From: Malacoraja senta | Lineage: Eukaryota | Direction: 5' to 3' | DNA length: 64,000 nt | Assembly (NCBI GenBank): GCA_038087875.1 | Contig: CM075987.1 | Span: forward strand, 21,020,001-21,084,000 | Part shown: positions 50,150-61,922 of the stretch, piece after piece | Layout: every line of letters starts with the position of its first letter | How positions within the stretch are numbered: position 1 is the stretch's first letter | The notes under the pieces: model-generated | What the model was told of the DNA's origin: nothing | Databases searched by the model: none | What the model saw: only the letters and a program-made list of their open reading frames with translations | Position numbers and translations under genes: made by a program

Positions 50150-50215
50150 ATGGTGAACGACAGGTGGAAAAGTACGGATGGGGGGCAGCAGGATAGCCCG
50201 GAGCAAAACACCCAG
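50150..50215 (+). CDS. FIBCD1: Fibrinogen C domain-containing protein 1, coding exon 1 (cytoplasmic N-terminus)
   Basis: ATG at 50150 gives MVNDRWKSTDGGQQDSPEQNTQ followed by a phase-0 donor CAG|GTAAT. It matches the remembered human N-terminus MVNDRWKTMGG...KPQ and lies divergent from LAMC3, as in human. Confidence 0.88.
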
Positions 50216-52400
50216 GTAATATGTTTTTTTTTACCCCCACAAGCACGGCGCAGGTTAAAAACAATTCTTCCACAAAGCCTGTATTAAGAGTGAATTTTTG
50301 TTTTGTTTTATGGAGACATCGGGTTTTGTTATCTGTGTGGGAACATAAAGAAACGGGAGGAATTTTCCCACAATGTTTAGTCACAATAAATGACAATACT
50401 TCTCGCGACGTCGAAAGTGGACAACATTCACATTGCTCAAATGCACGAGAGGTGGGAAGTGTTATGGTGGCTTGTCCGTTGTGAATAATCACCCTTTGTT
50501 GGTAGCTTCTCTGTTTAATACCATGTTGTGTTACGGTGAGAGCAGTGGCTATGCAATAACAGGTTCCCTTTGCACCTTTTTCGTGAAACATTGCTGGTGT
50601 TCCGCATGTCTTGTTTGTGCCTCTCCTCTCTCGGCTGTAAAACATTTCCCCCCTTCGCTTTAGTCTGACTTTATCTCTGCTATATTCAGTACTACACCTT
50701 ATATTCCAACATCTAACTGTAACCTGGGCATGAGGCGATGAAGGCTGCTGCGGTTTATCGAGGTCTGCTCGACTTATTTATTAAAGATCTGACAGAACTC
50801 CCTGGTGAAAGGGATATTTATTTATTGCACCAGAGGCGGAGGAAAGATTACATAAAACCCTGCAAAGCCCGTCAAAAATAGAAGGAATGCGAGGAATAAA
50901 CAACAGTTTTAAGAAGGAAAGTTAACGTTGAGGCTGTAAACACTGAATGTGGATAATTGTAAACACTTAACGCTTCGGTTCACCAGTTGTTGGGTATGTT
51001 GCTGGATCTAACACTGGGAGATATCTTTCGCCCCACAGTACATGCGCCCGCAAATGTACTTTAAATTCCACCAAATTCTTTAAATGTTTCCTGCTTACAA
51101 GTGTTTGTATTATTCATACGGTTAAGTATGTATTTCTACAATTTATTTTTGCAGCATGCCTGATTCTTAACATTACTACTGTTGTCTTGTGTAATTTAAA
51201 GATTGTCATTGTAATATTGTTTTACATTGTTCAACACTAATATTAAGCAATAGCAGCCATTCGGCATCAAGGGTGTAAGAAGGAACTGCAGATGCTGGTT
51301 TAAACCGAAGATAGACACAAAAAGCTGGAGCAACTCAGCAGGACAGGCAGCATCTCTGGAGAGAAGATTGGGTGATGTTTCGGGTCAAGATCCTTCTTCA
51401 GACATAAGGGAAACGAGAGATATAGACGGAGATGGGGAGAGATAAAGAACAATGAATGAAAAATATGCAAAACAAATACCGATGATAAAGGAAACAGGCC
51501 ATTGTTAGCTGTTTGTAGGGTGAAAATGAGAAGCTAGTGCGACTTGGGTGGGGGAGGGTTAGAGAGAGAGAAGGACTGCCGGGGCTACCTGGTGAGAGAA
51601 ATCAATATTCATACCACTGGGCTGTACGTTGCCCAAGCGAAATATGAGATGCTGTTCCTCCAATTTACGTTTAGCCTCACTCTGACAATGGAGGAGACCG
51701 AGGACAGAAAGGTCTGTGTAGGATTGGGAAGGAGGATTAAAGTGTCCTGCAACCGGGAGATCAGGTTGGTTCACGCGGGCTGAGTGAAGATGTTCCGAGA
51801 AACACCAGTCTGCGTTTGATCTCGCTGCTGTATGAGTTCACATCTTGAACAACGGATACAGTAGATGAGGTTGGAGGAGGTGCAAGTGAACCTCCAGAGT
51901 CGAGGGAGGAGGTATAGCGTCAGGTGTTGCATCTTCTGCGGTTGCGGGGGAAGGTACCTAGGGAGGGGGCGGTTTGGGTGGGAAGGGATGCGTTAACCAG
52001 GGAGTTGCGGAGGGAACGGTCTCTGCGGAAGGCGGAAAGGTGTTAAGATGGGAAAATGTGGCTGGTGGTGGGATCCCGTTGGAAGTGGCAGAAATTTCAG
52101 GGGATTATGTGTTGTATGCGACGGCTGTTGGGGTGGAAGGTAAGGACTGGGGGGACCCTGTCTCTTTTGCGACTAGGGGGAGGGGGAGCAAGGGCAGAGC
52201 TGTGGGGTACCGAGGAGACATGAGTGAGGGCCTCATCTGTGATCTGAGAGGGGAACCCCCATTCCCTAAAGAATGAGGACATCTCGCATGTTCTTGTATG
52301 GAACACCTCATCTTGGGTGCAGATGCGGTGTGGACGGAAGAATTGGGAGTAAGGGATAGAGTCTTTGCAGGAAGCAGGATGGGAAGAAGTGTAGTCGAGA

Positions 52401-52816
52401 TTTCCCCAGGTACTTTCCCCTGCAACCACAGAAGATGCAACACCTGTCGCTATACATCCTCCCTCGACTCTGTCCAGAGACCCCGACAGTCCTTTCAGGT
52501 TAGGCAGAGGTTCACTTGCACCTCCTCCAACCTCATCCACTGTATCCGTTGTTCAAGACGTGGAGTCTTATACATTGGTGAGACCACACGCAGACTGGGC
52601 GATCGTTTCGCGGAACACCTTCTTCGCTCAGCCCGCGTGAACCCACCTGATCTCCCGGTTGCAGGACACTTTAATTCTCCTTCCCATTCCTACACAGACT
52701 TTTCTGTCCTCGGTCAGAGTGAGGCTAAACGCAAATTGGAGGAACAGCATCTCATATTTTGCTTGGGCACCTTACAGCCCAGTGGTATGAATATTGATTT
52801 CTCTCACTTCAGGTAG
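52401..52816 (+). pseudogene. PLE GIY-YIG endonuclease fragment
   Basis: PGTFPCNHRRCNTC...FTCTSSNLIHCIRCSRRGVLYIGETTRRLGDRFAEH...VAGHFN...LEEQHLIFCLGTLQPSGMN. Confidence 0.9.
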
Positions 52817-52983
52817 TCCCGGCATTCCCTCTCTCTCAATCCCTCCCCACCCGTTGCACTATCTTCTCATTTTCACCCTACAATGTCCTGTTTCCCATCG
52901 TTACTTTTTTGCATATCTTTCATTCATTGTTCTTTATCTCTCCACATCACCGTTTATATCTCTCGTTTCCCTTATAACCAACC

Positions 52984-53017
52984 AGTCTGAAGAAGGGTCT
53001 CGACCCGAAACTTCACC
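52984..53017 (+). ncRNA. Hammerhead motif in the PLE terminal repeat (FIBCD1 sense strand)
   Basis: CUGAAGA-A-GGGU(CUCG)ACCC-GAAACUUC-acc, about 170 nt after the GIY-YIG stop codon. Confidence 0.62.
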
Positions 53018-55296
53018 CATTCCTTCTGTCCTGCTGAGTTACTCCAGCTTTTTGTGTCTATCTTCGGCATCAAGGGTCCCGACCGAAACGTCACTTATCC
53101 ATGTTCTCCAGAGATGCTGCCTGACCCGCTGAGTTGCTCCAGCACTTTTATTGTGTCTTTTTTTGTAAACAAGCATCTACTTATGTCAACATCAATACAA
53201 ACTATTTTACGCTCTTCACATTAATACCCCCCCCCCCCATTCTTCATTCAACACCACAACTTTACGCTACTGAAAACAAATGATCACAATCCCATTGAAT
53301 TTCAAAACTCTTCAACTTTCTCACTGTTTCACATGATTCTATAATACACACCACTATGTTAACCGGTATTATTATACAGCAATCCATGCTATTCGTCACG
53401 ATTTAATATTGTTTTTTAGCTTTCCGCAATTTGTTACATTTGTTTATGCTGGACTCACAAGGTCATTCTTCACCTACCAATGCATACTGTTCAACAATAT
53501 GTTTTCCTCTATTCACAAGATTACCCAAATCTTTATATTCCATTCTGGTCCCTGAATCTATTCCACCATTCAACAGGATCATGGTCTGTCCTTAACAGCT
53601 CTGCCTGATTTAGTTTATTTACCCATAAAACCCTTGCCTAACAAAGTTCTATCAATTGACCCCAGCACATATTGTATGAAAGTCTGCTCTCAACCTCAAT
53701 GAATGAAAGGCTTTGTTCTAATTTTAAGGTTATGCCCTTCTATTCTAAACCTCGCTCACAAGAGGTTTCCTATCTAACCCATCAAATCCCTTTAATCACC
53801 TTAAACACCATAATTAGATCAACACTTAATCTCTCAAACTGGCATTTTAAGATTTGCCGAAGTAACAGGTCCTCTTATATTAACTCTACATTCGTCACAA
53901 CTCCCCTTTTTCATCGTTTCCTCTGTGACTTAGAGTTGGTTTGGTTGATACAGGTGGACTAGGATTGTTCCATGTTTGTTGCTTGTTCACAACAACTATC
54001 CTGCTTCAACAGCCAAAAATATTCGCCTCGCCTGCAATTTTCAAATCCTTTGTTCTCGCTGCTTACAAAATCAATCAATAACATTTTCCATCTTTCAATT
54101 CAGTCGGGATTTTAACAACAGAAGGTATGGATGTGAAGTTCCACCAGTCAAACCCTTAAACACACAAACAGAACTTCAGGATCAGGCCAGCATGGAATTA
54201 ATATTGTGGCAAGAACACAGCGATTTACTAGTAATGCATGCCATATAACAGCAAAGAAAATAAGGCCCGAGCTGACGCAGCATTGCATAGATTATTCCCG
54301 CTTTTTAAAATGATATGTATAATCTGCAACAGACAGATGCTGCAGCAGAGTCGAACAGAGTTGTTCTGAAGCCCCCAGGAATTAAAGAATGATCTCCAAG
54401 TCACCGTACTGAACAAAAATGTAAGAGGAACTTAAAAGTATGTTTTTGTCGGGTTTTTTTAAAGCATTAGTTATAAAACGATTAGAAATAAAGAGAAAAT
54501 AGAACAGGCGGGTTAGTTGGCACTCAGAAAACGAGGTGATGGGACCTCCAGGGATATCCAGCTGCAGTTGACTATCTCTGAGCTAGAAAATATTTAGCTA
54601 TAATCGAGTTTTTAAAAATAATATTTTGTTGAAAAATGTTGATCCTGAAGAAAAAGTAGATGAAGTCTCTCTCCTTGAGTACGCAGTTTCAGTGACCCGT
54701 CTCATCCAACCGTGGGCATCACACTGTGATAGGGACCAGCGGTAATGGTCTTGAACGGACTTGAAGCAGCAGAGCCTTGAGTGATCATGCTTCTGTGCTC
54801 TGTAGGCCGAGCGGACAAGATAAATATGAGTGTATTTGAGATTATCGGAGTAGAGGTCAGTGAAGTCGAAGAGCGAAGTGTGATGAGCACATTTTCATGC
54901 AAAATGGGATATGTAAAACCTGACGTTCAAAGCATAAATAAAAATTGCCACTTCAGATTAGTAGGCATAAACATTTCACTGTGGTAACATTTTGTGTATC
55001 GCTCTGCAGTTGATATCATTGGTGTTGTTTTATATTAGAAACTAATTGCCAGGGAGAATGAAAATTCCCTTGAAAAATCAGGTGAGTTTCTCAAGGTATG
55101 CTGATACACTCAGAAAGTTGAAAGTTACTCAGCTAAGTTGTCCTTCTCCCTTTATTCAATTTTCAACTCCAGGACACTGTTTTTGTTGGAATTTTGAGAA
55201 CAAATTTCTAGCCCAATGATTTTACTGTACGAGGAAAGACTTAATCCTCACAACCCATCTCAATTTAAATGAGGATTTTCTGCGTGTAGGAATTAC

Positions 55297-55682
55297 ATAG
55301 AAACATAGAAAATAGATGCAGGAGGAGGCCATTCTGCCCTTCAAGCCAGCACCGCCATTCATTGCGATCATGGCTGATCGTCCCCAATCAATAACCAGTG
55401 CCTGCCTTCTCCCCATATCCCTTGATTCCACCAGCCCCGAGAGCTCTATCTAACTCTCTCTTAAATCCATCTAGTGATTTGGCCTCCACTGCCCTCTGTG
55501 GCAAGGAATTCCACAAATTCACAACTCTCTGGGTGAAAACGTTTTTTCTCACCTCAGTCTTAAATGACCTCCCCTTTATTCTAAGACCGTGGTCCCTGGT
55601 TCTGGACTCGCCCAACATTGGGAACATTTTTCCTGCATCTAGCTTGTCCAGTCCTTTTATAATTTTATATGTCTCTATAAGC
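55297..55682 (-). mobile_element. CR1 3' fragment
   Basis: MFPMLGESRTRDHGLRIKGRSFKTEVRKNVFTQRVVNLWNSLPQRAVEAKSLDGFKRELD. Confidence 0.9.
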
Positions 55683-56865
55683 TAATTGGCCTAATTGGTT
55701 CTATATATTTTTTAATATCAGTTTCAAGTCCATTCCTAACTGTATGGCCGGTAATGGTGAGATTTCTTCTTGAACTACCATACTCCTTCTAAAGGAGATA
55801 CTCCCTCTGTGCTGTTAGTTCGTGGATTCCAGGATTTGGACCCAATGACGATGAAAGAACAGCACGATTTTTCCAAATCAGGATGATAGGTAGAGATGGT
55901 ACCTGGAGGATAATCTGTAGGTGGTGTTGTTCCCATGTGTCTGCTATTCTTCTTGGCGGTAGATGTTATGTGATTTAGAGGTGTTGTCAGAGTAGCCCAG
56001 ATGAGTAAATACAATGAATTTTGTAGAAGGTACACTCTGCAGCTGGTGTTGTGCCAGTGATGGAAGGAATTATATTTTAAGTAGTTAATGGGATTCCATT
56101 TTTTCCTGCATTGTGCCGAGCTTCTTGGAGCTTGGAGCTACATTCATCCATTCAAGTGAAGAGTATTCAATCACACTCCTGACTGTGCCTTGTGGATAGT
56201 GGAAAGACTTTAGGTGTCTGGAGGTGAGTAATTCATTGTAGGGTACACAGTCTCTGATATGCTCTTGTAGTCATGGTATTTATGTGATTGGTCCAGATAA
56301 GTGTTTGATCAATGGTAAAGGATGTGGATATTGAGGGGCTTGATGATAGTAATGGTATTGAATGTCTGGTGGGTGGTTAAATTCTCTTGGAACATATGTG
56401 GTACAAATGTTATTTGCCACATGTCAGCCTGTCTGAATGTTGCCTGGGTCCTGCCATATGTAGACATGGACTGCTTTATTTGTGGAGGAGTTGCAAAAGA
56501 AACTGAACATTGTGCAATCATCAGTAAACTTCCCAGAATTTGCATTTTTGATGGAAGTTGCACACAGGCTTTCTCCCATCCCATCTCATTACAGGATCGG
56601 AAGAATATCCTCTCGTCTTTTCTTTCGAATACACTTACCCAGCGTTATCTTAAAGATATTTCTGTTATCTATCTATGAACATGATGTCATCTGAATCAAG
56701 AGGGTGTGGATTCAAACTTCAACCCTTTACATAATGCCTGGTTGACGCTTCCAAACAAGTACTAAGAGATGCAACACAACCAGAATTGCAATCTTTCAGG
56801 TAAAACACTTAACCAAGGTCGCATCCCGCCTCTCATAGAGTATCCCGTAACCAAACTTTCAAAGA

Positions 56866-59529
56866 ACATAGAACAAATATAGAACAGAAAATAGAACAGA
56901 ACTGGCCCTTTGACCCACAATGTCTGCGCCGAACGTGATGCCAACTGCCAAGACCATCACATCCACCTGCACGTGACCCATATCCCTGCATTCTCTGCAT
57001 ATCTATATGCCTAGCTAAAAGTCTTTTAACTACCACATGCCTGCTTCAACCGCTGCCCCGGCAGCACATTGCAGACACTAATCACCCTTTGTGTAAAAAA
57101 CTTGCTCCGCACATTCCCTTTAAACTTTGCCCCTCTCACATTAAAGTTATGCCTTCTAGTATTTGAATTTATTATCTTGGGAAAAAAAATTCTTATCGCC
57201 TATCCTATCTACGCTTCTCATAATTTTATGTCCTTCTATCAGGTCTTTCCGTAACCTACGGCATTCCAGAGAAAACAATCCGTCTGTTTAACCTCCCTGT
57301 AGCTAATACTCCCTTATCCAGGCACCAATGGAGTTCTGCAAGGATCTGTGTTGGGCCCACTGCTTTTTGTGATATACTGTCTATCCCCCAAATTCAGGTA
57401 ACCCCCCTCTGTACCCTTTCCAAAGCCTTCATATCCTTCCTTAATGGGACAACCGGAACTGCACACAATACTTCAAATGCAACCCAGTCAAATTCCTATA
57501 AAGCTGCATCATGACTTCCTGACATATTCAATGCCCAGACCTATGAAAGCAAGCATGCCATATGCCTTTTTTTTTACCACCCTATCTACTTGTGTTGCTA
57601 CTTTTAGGGAGTTATGGACTTCAATCAACAATCAACAACCAAAGACTTTATTGTCATTCAAAAATACACCAACAAATGCAAGTCAGAACTAAATTTCGTT
57701 GCATCTGGCTCACCGAGCAACATAAAATAACAAAAGGATAAAATAGATTAAAAAAAGATAAAATAGATAACAAAGATAAAATAGATAATAATGGCGGCAC
57801 ATTATATGGAATTCAAGAGTCAGATGGCTCAGGGGAAGAAGCTGTTGCAAAACCTGGCCGTTCTGCCCCTTATACTGCGATACCTTTTGCCCGAGGGCAG
57901 CAGAGTGAACAGTCCATGATGGAGATGTGTGAGATCTTTTATAATGCTGTTGGCCTTGGACAAGCAACGTTTGCACGCAATGTCCCGGATTGAAGGAAGA
58001 GAAGTCCCGATGATTTTTTTCAGCTGTCCTCACCACTCTCTGCACGGATTTCCAGTCGGAGGCTTTGCAGTCCCCAAACCAGACAGAGATGCAGCTGGTC
58101 AAAATGCTCTCCATGGTGCCCCTGTAGAAAGTGGTGAGGACGGGATGGGGGAGGTGAGCTCTTCTCATCCGGTGTAGAAAGTGCAAACGCTGCTGCGCTC
58201 TCTTAACTAGTGATGCGATGTTTTTTGACCAGGTCAGAGTGTTCGTGATCTGCACCCCCAGGAACTTAGTGCTACTGACCAACTCCACGTCGATGTCATT
58301 AATGTGTAGTGGTGTGTGACTGTGCCGGTTTCTCCTGAAGTCAACGATGACGTCCTTTGTTTTGTCAACATTCAGGATCAGATTGTTCGTGTTGCACCAG
58401 TCCACCAGTTGTTTCACCTCCTCCCTGTAAGCCAGTTCATTGTCATCCCGGATAAGGACTTGGACCCCAAGATTCCTCTATACATTAATGCTGTTCAGGG
58501 TCATGCCGTTAATTGTATATTTTTTCACTTACATTTGACCCCCACAAAGTGCAACACCTTACACTTGTTTGGAATGAACTCCATCTGCCTTTCCTCCACC
58601 CATTTCTGTTGCTAACCTATATCCTGCTGCATACTTTCACCACCTTCCTCAAAGTCTGTGACCCTAGCAATCTTGGTGTCCTCTGCAAACCAGAAATATA
58701 TCACAAAAAGCAGTGGGCCCAACACAGATCCCTGCAGAACTCCACTGGTCAAAGACCTCCAGCCTAAGTGATGTCCTTCCACCACACATCTCTGTCTTCT
58801 ATCATTATGCCAATTCCAACTCCATACGACCAAGTCACTTTTCCTAATCTTTTGTATCAGCCTCCATGGGGGACTTTATCAAATGCCTAGTAAAGTCAAT
58901 ATAGACAACATCCCTCATCTATCCTCATCTATCACCTTCATCACCTCCTTAAAAAATTTGATAAAGTTAATGAGGCACAACCTACTGTGTACAAGGCCCT
59001 GCTGACTGTCCCTAATTAACCCATTCACTTCCAAATGGGAGTAAACCTATCCCAAAAAGTCTCCTCCAATAGTGTCCGTACCACTGACGGGAGGGTCGCC
59101 GGCCGATAATTTCCTGGATCTACTTCCCTTCTTAAATAAAGGAACAATATTAACTACTCCCCAGTCCTCTGAGGGCTTGCTTGTGGCTGGAGAGGATGCA
59201 AAGATCTTCGTCAAGGCTCCCACAATATCCTCTCTTGTCTTTCTCATTAACTTGGATAAATTCTATTAGGTCTGGAGATTTATCCACCTTAATGCTCTTC
59301 AGGAGTCCCAATGCCTTCCTTGTCCTTAATCTCAAACCGACCTTGCAAATTAGCATTCTCTACACAGATCGCACGGTCTTCCATGTCTTCCTTGGTGAAA
59401 ACAGATGCAAAGTACTTGTTTAGTATCTCGCTTACATCCCCCGACTCCAGGAACAAATTTCCTCCTTTAACCTTGAGCAGTCCTACATTCTCCTTGGTTA
59501 TCCTCTTGTTTTTAATATAGGTATAAAAA
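56866..59529 (-). mobile_element. Long old CR1, host of the Rex1/Babar and L1 insertions
   Basis: AFYTYIKNKRITKENVGLLK, EILNKYFASVFTKED, NIVPLFKKG, SGVLQGSVLGPLLFVIY, FAEDTK remnants with frameshifts. Confidence 0.85.
57622..58430 (-). mobile_element. Rex1/Babar-type LINE 3' fragment
   Basis: WCNTNNLILNVDKTKDVIVDFRR...KFLGVQI..LTWS...KRAQQRLHFL...FYRGTMESILTSCISVWFG. Confidence 0.87.
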
Positions 59530-59720
59530 GCTTCCGGTTGCGACATGCTCTGCTAGCAGTCGCAAACTTTTTAGCTCCGCTGAAAAAATCGCGATTTTTC
59601 GCGTTAAAATCGGGTCTGGAGGTCGGGACCGTTTTTAAAAACTTACCGGAGCTTCATGTCGCGGTGCTGATGACGTCATCAGTAAGCGCCGCGATTTTAA
59701 CGGAGGGAAAGTCATTTTAA

Positions 59721-60716
59721 ATGAAAAGTACATCTCCAGGTCAGAGCCCACAGAGGAAAATCTCAAAACATCTGCTGAAGACTCTGGAACAGCAAGAAAC
59801 TTCAGAACTGACCTCTGGAGAGGTCTCTGGAATGGCTACTCGATCTGCAAAAGAGAAAATCGAAATGGAGGACTTAAGAAACTCGGTAAGAGATATCAAA
59901 AATGATATGGAAGCTGGGAACAGTAAATTGATAGCCGGTAATGATAAAATACTTGAGGGTATTGAGGCTCTCCAAAAAAGAATTGAAGGTGTGGAAAAAG
60001 GACTATCGAAAAAAATTGAAAAGGTGGCAGAAGAGACCACAAAGATGTTTGAGGCTGTGCACGAAACTGTGGCTGCAAATGCATCTGCAGTGAATGATTT
60101 GGAAGCTGCTGTGGAAGTGATGGCTGGAGAGATGCAGACTATGAAGTCAGAAATAGATAGTCTCAAGAACCAAGTCACAAAGGTTTCGAATAAATGTGTT
60201 GACCTAGAAGCTCGCTCAAGACGCCAAAATATAAGAATACGTGGTGTAAAAGAGGGAGCTGAGGGGGACAATGTTTGTGAGTTCGCTGCCAACCTAATTA
60301 AACACGTACTGAAGCTACCAGAAGTGCCTGTAATTGAAGTAGCACATCGACTCCCCAGATTTAAATCAAGATCTCAAGGAGAACGTGCCTACCCACGACA
60401 GATCATAATTAAACTTCGGGATATCTCAACAATGGAAGCGCTGATGAAAAAAATCAACCACGGAGAGAAGATGATGTACAGAGGTGATACTATTAAACTC
60501 CTACGGGACTACCCTTATGAGATTGAGCAAAAGAGAAGAAAGTTCTCACAGACCAGAGAAGTTCTTTATGGTGTTAAGGGAGTTTTGTGTGGAGTGTTTT
60601 ATCCGGCTAGAATGCGTATCACCTTTGAGGGAGTGTCAAAAACATTCACTAATTCGGATGAATCTCTCAAATACGCTCAAGAAATCGCGACTAAGGCTGC
60701 ATCAACTGGAGATTGA
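59721..60716 (+). CDS. L1 ORF1p (coiled coil + RRM/CTD, Transposase_22-like), 331 aa
   Basis: Heptad-rich N-terminal half, then DLEARSRRQNIRIRGVKEG, IEVAHR, PRQIIIKL and YPARMRI motifs typical of L1 ORF1p. Confidence 0.92.
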   Translation: MKSTSPGQSPQRKISKHLLKTLEQQETSELTSGEVSGMATRSAKEKIEMEDLRNSVRDIKNDMEAGNSKLIAGNDKILEGIEALQKRIEGVEKGLSKKIEKVAEETTKMFEAVHETVAANASAVNDLEAAVEVMAGEMQTMKSEIDSLKNQVTKVSNKCVDLEARSRRQNIRIRGVKEGAEGDNVCEFAANLIKHVLKLPEVPVIEVAHRLPRFKSRSQGERAYPRQIIIKLRDISTMEALMKKINHGEKMMYRGDTIKLLRDYPYEIEQKRRKFSQTREVLYGVKGVLCGVFYPARMRITFEGVSKTFTNSDESLKYAQEIATKAASTGD

Positions 60717-61922
60717 AAACCAAGACGACAGGAACAAACGAACTTGCTTATTCTTCCAACAAGAGTATCACAAGGAAAGTGAATTAACTGAACACTGATT
60801 TTTTATTTTTTATTTGACTTCAAGCAGATTCTTAGTGAGACGTGGCTAGACATTATTATCTTCGCTGGAACATTGTGCTATGTAATTCAAGGACACTACG
60901 TGCTCAAACGAGGAAAACCTGATAACACGAGACGAACTGCTGGGCTGAGAGTGAAAAACATCACATGGCTTATATTGTTTATAAAAAACTGAAAAAACTG
61001 AGAACTAATAATAATTAACAATTAACAATACTAATATAGAAATAGCAATTGAAATAGATAAAAAATGTGCAGTCTGCTCTGTTTAGCAGATAACAGCAAG
61101 TGCTATGCAGCTCGAGAGTGGAGGGAGGGGGAGACCGGGTACCTGGCATAACTCCAGGAGCCAGACTCCCGTTAACCCTTCCAGCGAACAGCTCATTTTT
61201 AACAATATTAAAATCAATTTAAAATAGTTAAGAGATAATATACACTCGAGGTTGATATGAAAAATATATACGGCTTATATAGTTTTACAAAATGCTGAGA
61301 ATTAATCATAATTAATAATTAACAATACTAATATAGAAATAATATTTGAAACTGATAAAACTGCGTCATAACGCAGACAGCAGTTATCACCTATGTTCGC
61401 AGCTCGTGGAGAGGAGAGGAGATCAGGCACCTGGCACAATTCCAGGAACCTGACTCCGATTAATCCACTCAGTAAACCGCTCACTTTAACAATACTAAAT
61501 TCATTTAAAAATAGTTAAGAGATAAAGAGTGAGTAGGATATGGAATCGAATACATTTGACACATATATAAATTGTAACTGGGTGAAATAGAACTGAATTG
61601 GAAACGGTAATGACCCCATAGATTTTGGGTAATAAATACAGCGGGGCTAACTTTATACCAACTACGCCGGAAGCGTTATGGATGTCGTACCCCACAGACG
61701 AGTGGGCCACTCACTACGGTGTTGAAATTTTAGACACCGTAAATTTATTTGATTTATATATATTTTTTTTAATCACAATATGTCACATCTGTGTGTTTTT
61801 TCTTCAAGGACAATCGCGCAGGAGAACTACCAAGGAAGTCTATAATAGAAATACTCCCAAAATAACCAGAGTCCGGAGGTATGAACGCACCACAATAATT
61901 AAGGTCATTAAAACTGGTAAAA

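Larger units (their letters stand above)
51275..53062. mobile_element. Penelope-like element (Neptune-type), inverted two-arm insertion with 15-bp TSD
   Basis: Left arm (minus, ~51275-52400): terminal repeat + GIY-YIG + RT C-terminus (LDYTSSHPASCKDSIPYSQF). Right arm (plus, ~52401-53062): Cys linker + GIY-YIG + terminal repeat. Flanked by ttcggcatcaagggt at 51260-51274 and 53063-53077. Confidence 0.9.

Noticed and set aside
54660..54990. Coding-looking stretch or C/D snoRNA in FIBCD1 intron 1
   Set aside because: The frames I read are short and unrecognisable, and the TGATGA and CTGA boxes are too close together.
59741..60292. 183-aa antisense ORF in L1 ORF1
   Set aside because: Shadow frame of the coiled-coil coding sequence, with no independent evidence.
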